Of a DNA stretch of 64,000 nt, positions 1-14,366 are shown piece after piece (the first letter of the stretch is position 1; each line of letters begins with the position of its first letter). The DNA comes from Trichosphaerium sp. ATCC 40318 (lineage: Eukaryota; Protista; Tubulinea): contig JALMLS010000455.1 in the NCBI GenBank assembly GCA_038496445.1, forward strand, positions 620,001-684,000, read 5' to 3'. The notes beneath the pieces are model-generated. The model worked only from the letters and a program-made list of their open reading frames with translations. It did no database searches and was not told where the DNA came from. The translations under genes were made by a program, and so were the position numbers.

Positions 1-2038
1 ACTGCAAAAGAGCACGTGATAACCAACACGTGCAGAGAAATTGAACATTAAAAATTTACTGTTAACGAAAATATAAGAAAAAAAACTTGAGGGATACTCT
101 TCCAATTGGTACATCTTATGCGTGTGTTCTCTGTATTCATCCCGTAACTTGTGGGTTGTGTGTTCCCCAAAAACAAACCAATACTGAAAGGAGACATTGA
201 TTGCTACTACTCAATAAAAGTTTATCAGATTTCTGTTGTGAAGTGATTCTGTTTCCCAATATTTTCTCTACGCATTGGTGCTATGCTGTTGACTGTAATA
301 CAAAAGAATTAAAACCTACAACTAATTCCAACAATAAATTCAAGCTATTCTCGAAAGAGTACACATTACTTTTTCTTACTAGTATGTTTTTGCTTTCCCA
401 CAAATTTACTCACCAGGTAAGAATATCAACAAAGCAAATGCAATGTGATATTATCTCCACAACCCCTATGGGGAATATCACATTGGATTTTTTGACCTTG
501 GCTAATTGCAAGGTGCACTTCATTGTTCTCACTGAATCTGCTGAAAAAGTGTCAACGTAAACTGAACCTTTTGAATTTCGCTTTCACATGGACGGAATCA
601 TCCAATTTTTAGTTTCATGTTACCTCAACTATCATCAAATACTGGGCAGGAAACAGTATTAAAGTTGATGTTGGTCCATGATATGAAATGAACACTTTTT
701 TTGCTCAATATTTTCACTATTCTGCTAGTATTTGATACTTGTTGATCTGCTTGTCTGAAAAAACTTTACCATTTACAACATCTATCCAGTGAACCTATGA
801 TATTGTTGTGGTGTGTGTTTGTGATTGGTTTTCAGTAACCTATTTATGGCTGTTCACTAGGCACAACAAGTTGTGAAATAAAATAATGTGCAATAGTTAG
901 AGTGAGCATGCTGCGGCTATGACAGAAAGTTTGATTCTTAATTTGAGCGTATATATCGTGCAATATCTATAGATGCGTTCGCTTGGATTAATTTAAACGC
1001 TTGAAAAGTCTTTGGTGTATGCCTAAACCATTGCAAAGTATTTTTTGAAGAAAAAAAAAAAGAAATGGCTTAAATTCGTTTTTTAATATTTCATGCATAC
1101 TGACTATAAGTTTGACATCTTTAAATAAGCTGTAGAATATATATTGCGTATGGTACCGCTTATCAATCACTCAAAAAAGTTCTTATGCAACATGAAGGCT
1201 GGGGATGTGTACACCTTTCATGCACTATTTTTTGGCTACGATTCATACACACTAACAAATAGAGATTATAGTTCAGGTACAGAATCAATAGGAAATGGGA
1301 TAGTGTATACATGCAAGCAGAAAAAACCCACCTGGAATATTGAGAACAGTAGGGAGAGTGTATACAATAAAAAATTAAAATTTTATAACACAAAGACATT
1401 CCCAAAAAAAGGCACCTGAAGCAAGTATACATGTTTTAGGAATGATAATTCTAGGTGTGTATAGCGGTCATCAATACCACATTACATTATGCGCATAGTG
1501 TTACCTTGGCAGATGATATTAGTAATACATTGGAAATAGGACAAAAGTAGAATATTACGCTAGGAAACAAAGGCTCATCCAAACTATCACAATGTAATTG
1601 GGTGCGCAACAGTGTTTCTAAAATCGTCCTGAACTGGTAAAAAAATATGATAACCAGCACAACATTAAAAACGGAATTACAAAAAAAACTTAGCATTTTT
1701 TTCTGGGACACTTTACATGTTTTGGGACACTTTACCTGTTTGACTAAATACATCCTTCCACACCTATCTTAAAATAGCAGCACTGGGTGAGTATCCACTA
1801 GTTCTCTACATACCACGCACAACCTCGATGGAAGCTCGCTTTTCTCTATGAACACGAAAGTTTCTCGCCAATTTAGCGTTTTTACTTGTCACGTAAAAAA
1901 ACGTGATCTTAAATTCACAATTAAGTCAATAGACAACATTTCAAGCCTCCACAATACAAGTTAGCAATTGATCCTGTACGTCAACAAACACATAACCAAT
2001 ATGTTTATACGAAATTAAACCTGATAGATCTAGAAACT

Positions 2039-3295
2039 ATGTACAAGATGGCGATTGGTCTCATTTTGGCGTTTTTAAGCACTTACTCCTGCCAGCGTCC
2101 TCCTAGCTTTATAAGTGTTTCCCCAAACATAATGTCAAGTGATAGTCCGGTAATTACATCTCCCATAGAACTGGACAGACGTAAATACTATTAATACATT
2201 TTAAACGAAATTACATCGTTACAAGTAACGGTGACAAAACGTGTTAATACAACACTAGGTAATCCTGATTTTTTTAACGTAACATTCACAGGTCTTACGC
2301 CCTTAACTGGGACTCCTATATCTAGAGCACTGAGTACGTATTTAAGTTATAAACAGAAGAAACACAAGTGTTACTTAAATATCTTAACATGACCATCTAA
2401 CTCGCTTTTGTAGTGGTTGCTCTGGACGGTTCTCTTTTAGTGCTTTTCCAAGGGGAAGAAGCTATAGTAAAGACTGAAAGTGATATGGAAATATGCAGAG
2501 GAGACAATGGGATGGAAAGAACTCAGCCATACAAGGGCGGGAATTTTGTTTCAGAAAACAAGTTCTTCATATTACAAACAGGGGCACTTCGACAGTTTAT
2601 GGAGTACACTCTTGATCCATCTTCACCTGATTGCATTTCGGACCCTGTTCCTTCATGCACTGTATCTCCAACGGTCACAGAATGTAAGAAGGAGACCCAA
2701 CAAAGTTCTAACCAATCCACTCTTTTTTTTTTGCCAAAAAACTAAAGACACTCAAGTACTCACATTAAACTTAGTTGTTGTTGATAGCGAATTTATTTAC
2801 TTGTTAGTCAAAGATATTGGACCAGCAGAAATACATAAATTTCCAATAGCAACATTGATTTCTGGTGCACCATGCGAATTTACGGCTTCTGCCTCGTCAT
2901 TGTTATCTGGTAATTTAGTGTCTAGTACTGGATTTGTACAAATACTTGATGATGATAGACTTATAATAAGCGATGGAGCTGCTACATTTTCACAGGTAGA
3001 CAAAGAGTCAGGTAATCATCAAGTTGGCTGCAACTTTATCCATATTTAATGTTTTTTTTTGCCAATACAGGTGTTGTGTCTGCATACGCAACATCTTCCG
3101 TAGCACCTTTCATTTACTACCCTGGGTTTACTCCCCTCCCAACATGTGTTTCACGGTAAGCTAGATTTTGTAAGACAGTGCTTTCAATCTTGTTTTTTTC
3201 TTTCTTTTTTATGACGTTGATTTGTAACTCAAGCAAACTTTAGGAAAAGAGCAATACATTCTGATGAAGAAAGAATACAGCTTTTACGCCGTTAA
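2039..3295 (+). CDS. Secreted protein of unknown function (about 6 exons)
   Basis: ATG 2039 gives signal-peptide-like MYKMAIGLILAFLSTYSC. GT-AG introns join ORFs 2413.. and 2480.. in phase. The 3' end is ambiguous (3159 or 3295). Confidence 0.6.
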
Positions 3296-3856
3296 AGTGT
3301 AGTCTACCTATGACCAACGTCAATAAAGCAATGTTGAAATGTTATATGTACCACTTACCAAGCTGTCAAGACCTTTTTTTTAACAGTAAGTACTTGTCAA
3401 TAAAAACGATTTTTCGTTTTTGTGCTGTTGTGTTGACGCACAATGTGAAAAGTTGATGATCTGACATACTATCTTTCTTTATATTAGGATATTTATTAAG
3501 GTATTAATCAATTTAGAACGTTGACAAACCGCCATATTTTTAAAGCAATGTTACTAGATACTACATTAGTTGTTTTCCTGTAATGATTGATATCAACGTT
3601 TGCAAGCTGTTTAAGTTTGATTAACTCGTACTTAGTTTATTTTAAGCTGTTTCTACCAAACTCAATCTTTATGATTGAAGTTGTTGAGTGGTATTCCTGA
3701 ATAATTGATTACTTTTTGATTGATTTCTAAAACGATTTTGCCTGGCAAAAACTTATATTAAAATAGCAAACATAAAACTAAACCACCACAACAACAACGT
3801 GGCATCAAAATCAATCATCGATACTTAATCAAGCACAAAAAACTTCAAAACATTAC

Positions 3857-4250
3857 ATGGCACACAAACAGAATTCATTTAGTTCATCGTCAATGCAAAG
3901 GTAAATTTCAATCAAAAAATCCTCAACTTTTTTTTCATTTGTTTTGATTTGAACTTGCATCGAACTTGTATCTTTTGTCTGAACTATTATGTTATAGAAA
4001 ACCACCTCAAAGAAGAGGTAATAGACTGTTAGACCTCATAGAACCGTTGGAAATGGCGTATGAAGAGGCACTCAGATACGGTACGTAAAAACTTGATAAA
4101 GCAAGTCCCGAAAAGCAATGTAAAAGCGTTAAGTTACTTACTCACTCAATAGTGGCTAGTAAACAACCACACCCTGTTTTAATTAAAGATTGTGATGGCT
4201 ATATGGTAGTAACATACTCTGACGGTTCAACCAGGATTGAAATAGACTGA
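3857..4250 (+). CDS. Small (about 74 aa) three-exon protein of unknown function
   Basis: MAHKQNSFSSSSMQR|KPPQRRGNRLLDLIEPLEMAYEEALRY|VASKQPHPVLIKDCDGYMVVTYSDGSTRIEID*, with two phase-compatible GT-AG introns. Confidence 0.6.
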
Positions 4251-4453
4251 GATTGAAAAAACCAACAAAAACAACCTTGAAACTGTACAATAAACTGTGA
4301 AAGTAATATCATAGCATTCACTACATAAATGTCTAAAGGATGCCGTTGATAATTAACCTCATATCCGAAAACGGATAGAAATAAAATGACATTAAGTTGC
4401 AACTATATTGTATGGCTTAGCAAGGTCACAGATTACATAATTACACACGTACA

Positions 4454-6448
4454 GATGGCTACAGGTTCTAATTTTTGGCAAAATCCTATTGATCTCAAGT
4501 GTTACCTTGATGATCCAACGTCAGAAGCCGCTAAAGCGGAATGCAAGAAAGTACGCCTTTTAGCAGTTAACTTATAGCTATAACGCATATACTAATGTTA
4601 ATTAGGTAGCTGCCGGCCTAAAGAATGTTGGCGCTTTAGTTTTCCGTGACCCAAGGTAAGTGACACTCAAACGTATGTACGAAAGAGTGACAACAACGCA
4701 GGGTACCAAGTGAAGAAAACGACAAATTCATTGGTACGTAAAACTCGCAACACGCTCTACGAACCAGATTTTAACGCAAAAGCCCAAAAGAACACCCTAG
4801 CTGTAGTCACTGAGGTTTTTTAAGCTTGTAACATCGTAACGTCACTTTAGATCAAATGGAAGCGTACTTTGAGCAGCCAGAGTCTGTTAGAATGATTGAC
4901 ACGAGGCCAAAGTTGTTTTACCAAGTACGCTAAGAAATAAACTTTTCATCGCTGTTTTCTAACGTAAAAACTCAATAGGTTGGCGCCACACCAGAAGGAA
5001 CTGTAAGATTTTTGTCTTTAACATTTTTCTGAACCAAAAACTGTTATTTTGCCTAAAACTGTATTTAAGGAGCTACCACGATGTGCTCATGACCCTTCTT
5101 GCCATAATAAAATAGCTGAGGTACTTTTTAAAGGCTTTAAACGTGATGTTAATCAAAAGAAAGAAACAAAAAAGAAATAGCCGTTTGTTTTCGATCGTTT
5201 TTCATTCAGTTCTCTCTAATAAATGTATTGTAGATGCCAGAAGCAGAGAGACCTTATGTACCTTCTGGTCCAGATAAGAAATGGCGTTTCTTTCATCGCC
5301 TAGGCGAGCGCCCAACCGAGACCGAGTTCCAGCACGTGATATTTATGAAATTACTTTTGAAAATTTTCTGATTTTTTTCTTGAAGATGGTGTCATCATTA
5401 GCACGTTTATTACCTAAAATAGAAATCTTATTTTTAATTTAGACAACTTAATGCACCTGCTGTGATCCCTAAAGCATTCCCTAACTGGGTTAAAGTGCGT
5501 AAAACCGCCATTTTCTAAACAGAAAGAAAAACGCGATTACTAATATTGAACATAGACTATGGATCATTGGGGAGGTCTTTTACGGCAAGCAGGAGAAACA
5601 GTACGTGTTTATTTATTTATAAGTTAATAACATTGATTATTCTTACTCTTCTATAAAGGTACTAGAAATGGCAGCAATTGGTTTAGGACTAAAGAAGGAT
5701 TCTTTCACAAAACTCATGAAACTCGGACCTCATCTCTTAGCGCCAACAGGATCTGACCTGGTACGTTTTTATTAGTTTTTAATCATACATTATAACGATT
5801 AGTTACTTACAACGTATACTTTTAGAACAAACATAACAAAGTAGGAGATATTTTAGCCGGATACCATCAAGATTTGAACATCCTTACAGTTCACGGAAAA
5901 TCAAGATTTCCAGCACTTTCAGTTTGGCAAAGAAATGGAACAAAAATGGCTGTATCTATACCTGATGGATGCTTACTTTGTCAAGCTGCTATGCAACTTG
6001 AGGTGAGTACATTGTATACATTTAAACGTAACAAACGGTGTTTAGTACCTCACTGGTGGAGATATATTGGCAGGGTTCCATGAAGTTGTTGTAAATGAGA
6101 AAACACTTGCGAAAGCAGAGCAAAGAAAATCAGAAGGTAAAAGCCTTTGGCGTATATCATCAACTGCTTTCCTTCATACCGCTTCAGACAGTATCCTATT
6201 ACATACAAGAAATTTGATCTATTTTTTTGAAAAGATAACAAGACGAACCGTCTATCGAGGTTTCTTCTTTTTTTCTGTTTTTTTTTTTGTTGAAGAATGT
6301 TGTTTTTAACTCGAGACAAAAAGACACTCTAGAACCTTTGTCTGGAACACCAGAAGAGATTAAAGAAAAGCTAAAGACTTACCCACCACTTAAGGCTGGG
6401 TTACAGGTACAACGTGAACTAGAAAAGTTGACATTGGCCAAAGAGTAA
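4454..6448 (+). CDS. Isopenicillin N synthase-like 2OG-Fe(II) oxygenase (about 13 exons)
   Basis: Spliced translation contains YQVGATPE, KWRFFHRLG, GPHLLAPTGSDL, AGYHQDLNILTVHGKSRFP (HxD), AGFHEVVV (distal His) and WRISST (RxS). Confidence 0.9.
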
Positions 6449-6649
6449 AAAACGAAAAAAATATTGCATTTTGTGGGAGTCTTCTCGTTATCTCAAAAAA
6501 TAAACTTTCTTAAATACTCAGTGTATTATCAAAATACACTACTCCTCCATTTTTTTTCTTCTTAAACAGAATAAGCAAGAGTTACAGAGTGAGAAACTAG
6601 AACAAAAGTTTTTTTATTGATCTTTCTCGGGTTTTTTTTTGAGAGAAAT

Positions 6650-9600
6650 TTATTCAGTCCATGAAGCTTGCAATCTAGCTGCCATAAACCCATATACATC
6701 AGCATATTCATCCAAAGTAATTGAAGTTGGTGTGAATCCGCCATGACCACCCTGGACAGAAAAAAACGTCAAAAACGAAAATGTTTAGAAAAATATGTCA
6801 ATTTTAGTTACGGTGCTTGTGAAGCAAGTCATGTACCTTCTTTTGTATTCTGATCATAAGAGGGTTCTTTTGATATTCCTCTTGACCCAATTCATGTTGT
6901 AAAGTAGCAATAAACTTATAAGAATGTAAAGGAGACACCTACAAAGAAATAAATCATCAAAACGCCAAAAAAGAAAGTCCTCAGTGAAAAACTCTCTAAA
7001 GAGCATTCGAAAATAATTTCTTACCCTGTCATCGTGATCCGCAGTAGTCAATAGAACAGAAGGGTAAGGTTTACCTTTTCTTACATTATGTATAGGAGAG
7101 TATTTTATCAAAAACTCGAAATCAGATCCTTCATCAGCATTTCCGTAATCAGAGCACCAAGCGTAACCAATTGTGAATTTATGAAAGCGTAGCATATCAA
7201 GTACACCTACAGCTGCTACACCAGCACCGAAAAGATCTGGGAACTGGTTCACGCAAGCACTAAAAAAGTTAGAAAAAAAAACAGAAAAAAAAGATTGTAA
7301 GCAATTGATGTCAGCATTTTGTCTCAGCCCTTTCAGCTGGTAAAAAAGAGAACACATGTCATTGTAAGACATTTTCCTCTTATACATGACGCAATCTATA
7401 CTATATACATACCCAACAAGAAGACCGCCATTAGAACCTCCATAAATGCCAATTCTACAATGGTGTTAAAATTAACATCAAAACAAACATTTTTCGTTGA
7501 CAGTCAGTCAAATTGCTTTTTTACTTACTTTTCATGAGAAGTGTATTTATTAGCAACCAAGTATTTTGAAGCCCATGCTTGGTAAAATATCAGAAAGGTT
7601 ATAACTAAGTCTTATTGAAAAAATTTGTCCTGCAAAGCGCAAAAACCTCAAAACGCCAACATCTTCTAAACTCTAAAATGCCAGAAAAACAGAAAAAAGT
7701 TTGAGAAACAGAAATTGACATACCAAAGTCATCAAACACATTTTGCTTATCACCTTTGGTACCAGCCTTATGCCATTCTTCGCCATACTCACCACTAAGA
7801 ATATAGTTTAATAACAAAGTCATTTAAACAACAAAAAAAAAGAAGGGAAAAGACTTGAGTTTAGTACCCTCCTCTGATGTTGGCAATAGCATAAACACCA
7901 CATAAGTTCTGCATCCAAACAAGCCTCAAGGCGCTGAAACTTGGTTGTATTGGAATATTAAATCCACCATATCTAACAGGAGAATTAGCTATCTCAGAAC
8001 ACAGATACGCCACTAAAAGTAGGTTTGAAGAAAAGGAAAAAAAAAAATACCCGTAAAGAATTGTTGGGTTAGATCCATCTAATTTTAAGTCTTTGCGTCT
8101 GATGATAAACATTGGAATCTTAGTGCCATCTTTGCTAGGGTAGAATACTTGTTCCGTTTGGAACATTGATGCATCAAATCCTTCAATTTCGCTCTCTCTA
8201 TGAAGTAGTCAGTAAAAGTATGAAAAAAGAAGACCAAACTATGACCAAAAAAGAAACGCTTTTTGGGCATTTTCTGATGGCGTTTGTTCTTGAAGTTTTA
8301 TATTTACTATATCGTACCTGAATACAGTTAATCTCTCAGCATCAGGCTTAGAGAAATCGTATCGGTAAATAGTTCCAGGAGTTAAGAATGAAGTAAATTT
8401 GATAAACATAGTTGAGTCTTTTTTACGACCACTCAAAGATGCCACAGTGCCCAAACCGAGAGGGATTTTACCACAAGATTTGCCTTCCGTATCATATAAT
8501 TCAACTACATCCTATATTATAGATTATTAGTAAAGAAGAATCTCAAAGAAGCAAGAAAATAAAAGGATGACATTTGGCTTCAAATTCCACTGAAAAAAAA
8601 AAAAGAAACAAAAAACTTCAACGCACCACTACATCTTTCATGAAACTTGCAACAAGTACATTTTGATTTACGCATTGAACATAAGATAGTACAGTATCAC
8701 TCTCTGGAATGACATCCTTTATAAAGCCGATAAGAAAGATAGCGAACAAAAGAAAAAAACAAAGCGTACCTTCCATGAATCAGGCTTAGAAAGATCAACA
8801 GAGATGAGCTTGTATTTTGGTGCGTTAACATTTGTTTTAAAGTAGAATAAACCATCAGTATTAGTTATGTATCCATACTCTCCTTTCCAGTCATCAACAA
8901 GCTTTACAAACTTCAAGCTATCCTTGGAAAAACCTAACGAAAAAAGTTACTTTAACAACGAAAAACACTTTACACGTGTGTAAGCATTATCATACCTTTT
9001 TCTGCAAGAGGAGCATAATAAATCTTATTGATTGGATCACAATCCTTGAAAATAGACAAAATGACATAATTTCCGCAATCAGAGACTTCAGAGCCGACCA
9101 TCCACTCCTTTAAAAAAAAATTAGCTTGATGACAAAACTCAAGAGCATGACTTACATCGTTATCTTTGTCTTCGTACACAAGAACATCTTTATCTTGCTC
9201 AGTACCCAATACGTGGTAATAAAGAGCATGGTTCTTTAGTTGTTTCACGCCAGTACCCTTATCATCCTCTTGAATAAACCATTAGTCCAACAAACAACTT
9301 TCTTTAATCTTTCAAAAAAAGAAGAAAAAAAACTCTACTTACTATCAGCTGTATCAACTTGCTCAGGGTATCTAGCATAAAAGAACCCCTTATCATCATG
9401 AGTCCAAGATACAGATGAAAACTTAATCCAGTCCAGTTTCTCCTTAAACTCAGTAGCACCCTTTCATTGTTAGTTGGAAAAAAATTGTCCACGTTTTTTT
9501 GTCGTTATAAAACACTAACCTCAACAGTTGTTTTGATATTAATTGTTTGCCAATCACTACCAGCATTTGAAAGCCCATATGCAAAATATTTTCCAGAACT

Positions 9601-10331
9601 GGAACATCAACATAAGCGAGAAACCGAAGAAAAAACAACAGTAGAAAAACTTGTTTAAAATTCAGTTAACGACAAGGTTTATGTTGCTAAAAATCGATAA
9701 AAATGCCTTCAAACGCACTCGGAGAACGCTGTGATACCCATGGCAGTAGTACCATCCTTTGAGAGAGTGTTTGGGTCAATAAATACCTTTGGTTCAGCTT
9801 CTAGAGACTCCTGAGAGTACAAGACGGACTGAATAACGTTAGAGAGTGTGTATAGTATCACATGACGCTTACTTGATCCTGTAGACCATCGTTCTTGAAA
9901 AAAAAGTACAAATCGCCGCGTTTAAATGGCGTTGAGTACTTAGGGTAGTTGTAGACCTTATCAAACCTAAAAATGTCAACAGTCGCTTTGTTTTTAGCAC
10001 AATTATTTTGTCATTGGCGTAGAAAGTACGTAGACTGATAAAATAAAGTACAGCGTACCTTTTGCGTATCTTAGAGCGAACGTCTTTCATTTCACTCTCT
10101 TTGTACTTGTCAAAAGTAGCTATCTGCTCTTCTACCCACGCCTACATGACGTGTAAACGTTTTGATGTTTAAAAACACAAAATATAGATTTACTTTAGTA
10201 TCTTCACTGTCAGCATCTTCTAACCAGCGATGAGGATCCTCTACGCTGACTTTACCGTAATCGCGAAAGTTGTACGTATCAACGACAACTTCTCGCTTTG
10301 TTTTAGGATAAACATATTTAGAACTACTCAT
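6650..10331 (-). CDS. PREP: Prolyl oligopeptidase (S9A)
   Basis: Motifs [36 protein letters not shown]; triad GGSNGG (Ser), DHDDRV (Asp), GGHG (His). All introns GT-AG and in phase. Confidence 0.97.
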
Positions 10332-10692
10332 CTTAATGTCAGTTGCTATCAACAGGAGTGTGCAGAGATGGAATAATTTAAGCTGCATTTTGACATTATT
10401 TTGACTGCGTTCACTAAACGCACCAGTAATTTCGATTTTTTAGCACCACAGTTGAAGATAACCTGGTGAAAGGTGATTTGGACAAAATTGTACTCGAAGT
10501 GTTTGATAACGCTTGTCCTCTTCTAAGGTACGTTCTACCTAGTAACATTGTAGAATGTCCGGCTGTGATGACAGTCTAAACGCAATGTGACAGAGTTTGA
10601 CCACAAAAACTGTCAATTAGCGTTAATCACGCATAGAATAGCGTTTTCGCATGGATTCATGGTTTATTATTGGAGACGTCAAGAAATAACAT

Positions 10693-12816
10693 ATGAGGAG
10701 ACTAGCCGCTAAACAGATTCGGTACGCGCGTAATGATTGTCTTTACAACGCTTTGTTAGTACTCTAAGCATTAACGTTATACAGTTGCTTAAAACAACGC
10801 ACTCACTCCTAATAGCGACAAAAATCGCACTCGCGAACGCGTTGATGTCATTGGCGAGAGGCTCGCTGTAAAAACCATGAACGATTGGTATTCTGTCACA
10901 AAAACAGAATTTGAGCGGCAAATGCATGGTCCTATCATCCTTAAAAAGTATCTACAGAACATCTACCAAAAACAAGTTTTTATTGCCTTCATAGAAACAA
11001 CAATTCGCTATTTTCAGTCTTGACGTATGTATACGACCATCATAAATGGTTTCCGTGGCTGTTTAAGTGCGTACAAACCCGTTAGAGTGAGAAAATAGCA
11101 GATAAGTTAACGGGTTTTTTAATATGTAGACATATACCAACAAAGAAGACTTCAGACATAAAGCTTTTTTTCGATGCTGTTGCCGAAGAATTGGGTGTCA
11201 AGGACATCAGTGATTGGTATAACATACTCAGTCAAGATGTCACTAGGGTTACTGGTGTATCGTACGTTCCAAAGTTCCACGAGGACGAACAATGCTCGTT
11301 TGGTTTAAGGTAGAATAGGTTGCGTGAATCTCTACTGCCTTGCTTGACCAGAGCGTACAGTCGCTATAAATGGGATCCAGAACGTTTCACGTACATCACA
11401 TTAGAGCTTATTGTTAGTAACTCGCATTTGTAGTAAAGTTCCACAAGGATATTGGGAGGATAGTGAAAAACAATTAAAGAAGATGAATGCAGTTGGTGAA
11501 TCTTTAAGTATTAAAATAATGGAAGATTGGTATCGTGTCAAGAGATCTGATATAGAACGACAAGATGCTCTTAACATCATAGTATTTTACGGCGATTGTA
11601 TAGCGTCTGCTATAGGCAGTATATATCCGTCGTATAAATGGGAACCGCTTCGATTCGAGTACAATTGTTGTTTCTTTTGTACCTCTTACCTTTTTTAGAC
11701 ACTTGTCTCCTACGAAAAGAGCGAGGTTTTTTCTGCATGATCTGGCATATAATGATAGTATAAAGACTCTCGATGATTGGTATAAAGTAACAGAAGATGA
11801 TATCATAAGTAGTGGAGGCTTGGAAATGCTACAACAGTGAGTCTTTTAACCGACAATTTGTTTTGCTTACCTAATTTTTTTAGTTTTGGCTCTTTGTCAA
11901 AAACACTTCGTGCTGTTTATCCTAGATTCTCATGGAGATTTCGAGGTGAAGATCAAACAGATATACCTATGAACTACTGGAACGATGGAGAGAATTGTCT
12001 TAGGTTCTTGTTGTACATGTCTAAAAAACTTGGCATCAAAAACAATGAAAGCTGGTACATTTAACTACCACCTCAAATTATATTGCTAATGACTTTCTCT
12101 AGGTACCGTGTTTCTGTTAGTGAAATGGTAGAATTCGCTGGTAAAGGTATAGAAAAACACTACCCAAGGATGCTCACGTGGCTTGATAATTTATACACGT
12201 GGGATTGGGACAGATTTACGACATTAACAAGATCACAACAGAGGTATTTTTTTGTTTTTACAGTCAAAAGTTAACAACAAAAGGGCACTACATCACGAGG
12301 TTAAAAAGTTTCTTCCAAATATAGAAGTGCTTGAAGAGTATCCTTTAGATGTTAGAGATGCAACAGGAGTTAGTATTACAGTTGATATTTTTATTCCAAA
12401 GTATAACGTTGCTCTTGAATACCAAGGTACCTTTTCGACAAGGTTTTTTCAACCAGAAAAAAACGCTTTATCTCCGCCTTGCCTTACTTTTAAATAAAGG
12501 AGAACAACATTATATAGAAAACCCTTTTGGTGAGGGTCTACCTACATCGTCCAGAGAAGCTCAAGATATAGAAAAAGCTCAAAAATGCCTTAACATTGGT
12601 GCGGAGAAATGAGTTTTACGAGTGAACTTTTTTCGTTACATTAAATTTGATCTTAGGAATCACGCTCATACAAGTACCTTATTGGTGGCGTAATAATCCT
12701 ATTAGGCTAAGGTTAGCTCTCACTAAAGCTATACCTACATTGTACAAAGACAAAAAGACCCTTGCATATGCCTCCAAGCTCGACAAAACACCACCTTCAA
12801 CAACTTGTGAGCAGTA
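10693..12816 (+). CDS. Helical-repeat protein with C-terminal RAP/PD-(D/E)xK-like domain, possibly mitochondrial
   Basis: About five repeats of F(F)D..A..LG.K...DWY.V...; C-terminal VDIFIPKYNVALEYQGEQHY...D.EK...GITLIQVPYWW; Arg-rich N-terminus MRRLAAKQIR. Confidence 0.75.
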
Positions 12817-13907
12817 GTACTACTTTTTTTTTTTTTTTGGCTTTTTAGGTTTTTCAGCCTTGTCCTTATACCTTTTATTATTAGTGTTTGCAATGGGCGC
12901 CAAAGAATCTCTTGTAAAATAAAAGCAAATTTCAAAAAAAAACGTGTTTTGTTGTTCTGTTTTTGTTTTTTTTTCTTGGATGTTTGCCTACCTACTACAT
13001 ACTTCTCATACCGTCTTAACATCAATTGTCATCGTATTACGTATAGATACTACATCACACGTGATCAGTCGACTTGAAAGTAACTCGCTGATGTAAAATA
13101 ACGTTTTATTACTACGCAGTATCGAAAAGTGGCCAAATTATTAAGTTGGCTATTTGTGGACAATTCACACGCTGTTGAAAAACTTGTCGTTGCATAACGT
13201 TAATACTACTTCACATTACCCACAGTCCGCTAGAAACGCCGCCCCGCAGGATTTCCCCAGTAGGTGTTTATGACGTCAAGATCGTCAAAAGACGTCAGTT
13301 CGCGGCACTTCAAATGTGCGATAAATTCATTGAAGAATGTCGGCGTTTATGTTGAAGTAAGTGGGTAGTAATAAGCTACGGCCATTGCGCACGCTTTGTA
13401 TATCATCCAGGCGTGTGCTGGCGCTTTATTACGATATATAGTAACAATTTTTCTTACACGTACCCAAATTGCGCTATTGTTTCGTAATACGCCTAAAGGC
13501 GCATAAAAAAGTCGCTAGAGACCTCTTAGATACAATTTTATTTAGATTGCCCATTTCAAGTGATAGCGCTATCACTATCGTTAACACTTAGCTATAAACA
13601 AGTATGTTAAACATATTTTAACGCTTTTACCAGCTGTTATTGGTCTTAATTTTTCTCAGCGAAAATTAGCGAAATTTCTTCCTAAAGGTAAAAAGTTGTT
13701 TCGGGTTCAAACGACATCATGGGACAAATCAAGGGCAAAAAACGTTTTTTCAACATTTTTTTCACAACACGTAATGATGCGCATACCTTCCGCGTCCATA
13801 CAATCACTACAATAGAGGTACCGACAACGAGAGAAACCGAAAAAACCCCACGAAAAATCCAAACAAACAACTAATTACCCGGTCCCGGCTTTACTTTTCA
13901 ATCGAAT

Positions 13908-14366
13908 ATGAGTGAGCGCAGTCATAAGGAAAATCTGTTAGAAGCATTCTTATCAGCAAGGAATGAATTTAGAGAGAGTTTAGTAAGACTGAATGAAGCA
14001 CATGATCAAATTCTGAACAAAGACGAATCAACCAGTGTTGAAGAGGAAAGTCAAGAAACAAGAGCAGTTCGGAATATAATATCAGCAAGATCAAACACTA
14101 ATAAAATAGTGAAAACGAAAAAAAGTAGTGCAGAAGAAAGAGATGATGGTAGGAAGAAGAGGAAGAAGTTGTCAAACGAAAAGAAAGTTTTGCAAACGAA
14201 AGTACCAATATCGGAAACAGTACCAGCTACCACAGAGTTACCTCAATCTGTACATATGATTTCGCCTTATAATTTAGATTGGGAGATGACAGACATCAAT
14301 ACAGAAGATACACAACAAGATGATGTTCAAATGTACTTCTTGGACGAATATGAAAAAACAACTTGA
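13908..14366 (+). CDS. Intronless 152-aa charged protein with NLS-like motif
   Basis: Single ORF, coiled-coil-like N-terminus, RKKRKK. No family recognised. Confidence 0.5.
   Translation: MSERSHKENLLEAFLSARNEFRESLVRLNEAHDQILNKDESTSVEEESQETRAVRNIISARSNTNKIVKTKKSSAEERDDGRKKRKKLSNEKKVLQTKVPISETVPATTELPQSVHMISPYNLDWEMTDINTEDTQQDDVQMYFLDEYEKTT

Noticed and set aside
201-1760. Several short ORFs and splice-like signals
   Set aside because: No consistent gene model or recognisable motif.
7290-7400. Possible intronic H/ACA snoRNA in PREP
   Set aside because: Only one convincing hairpin; box spacing does not fit.
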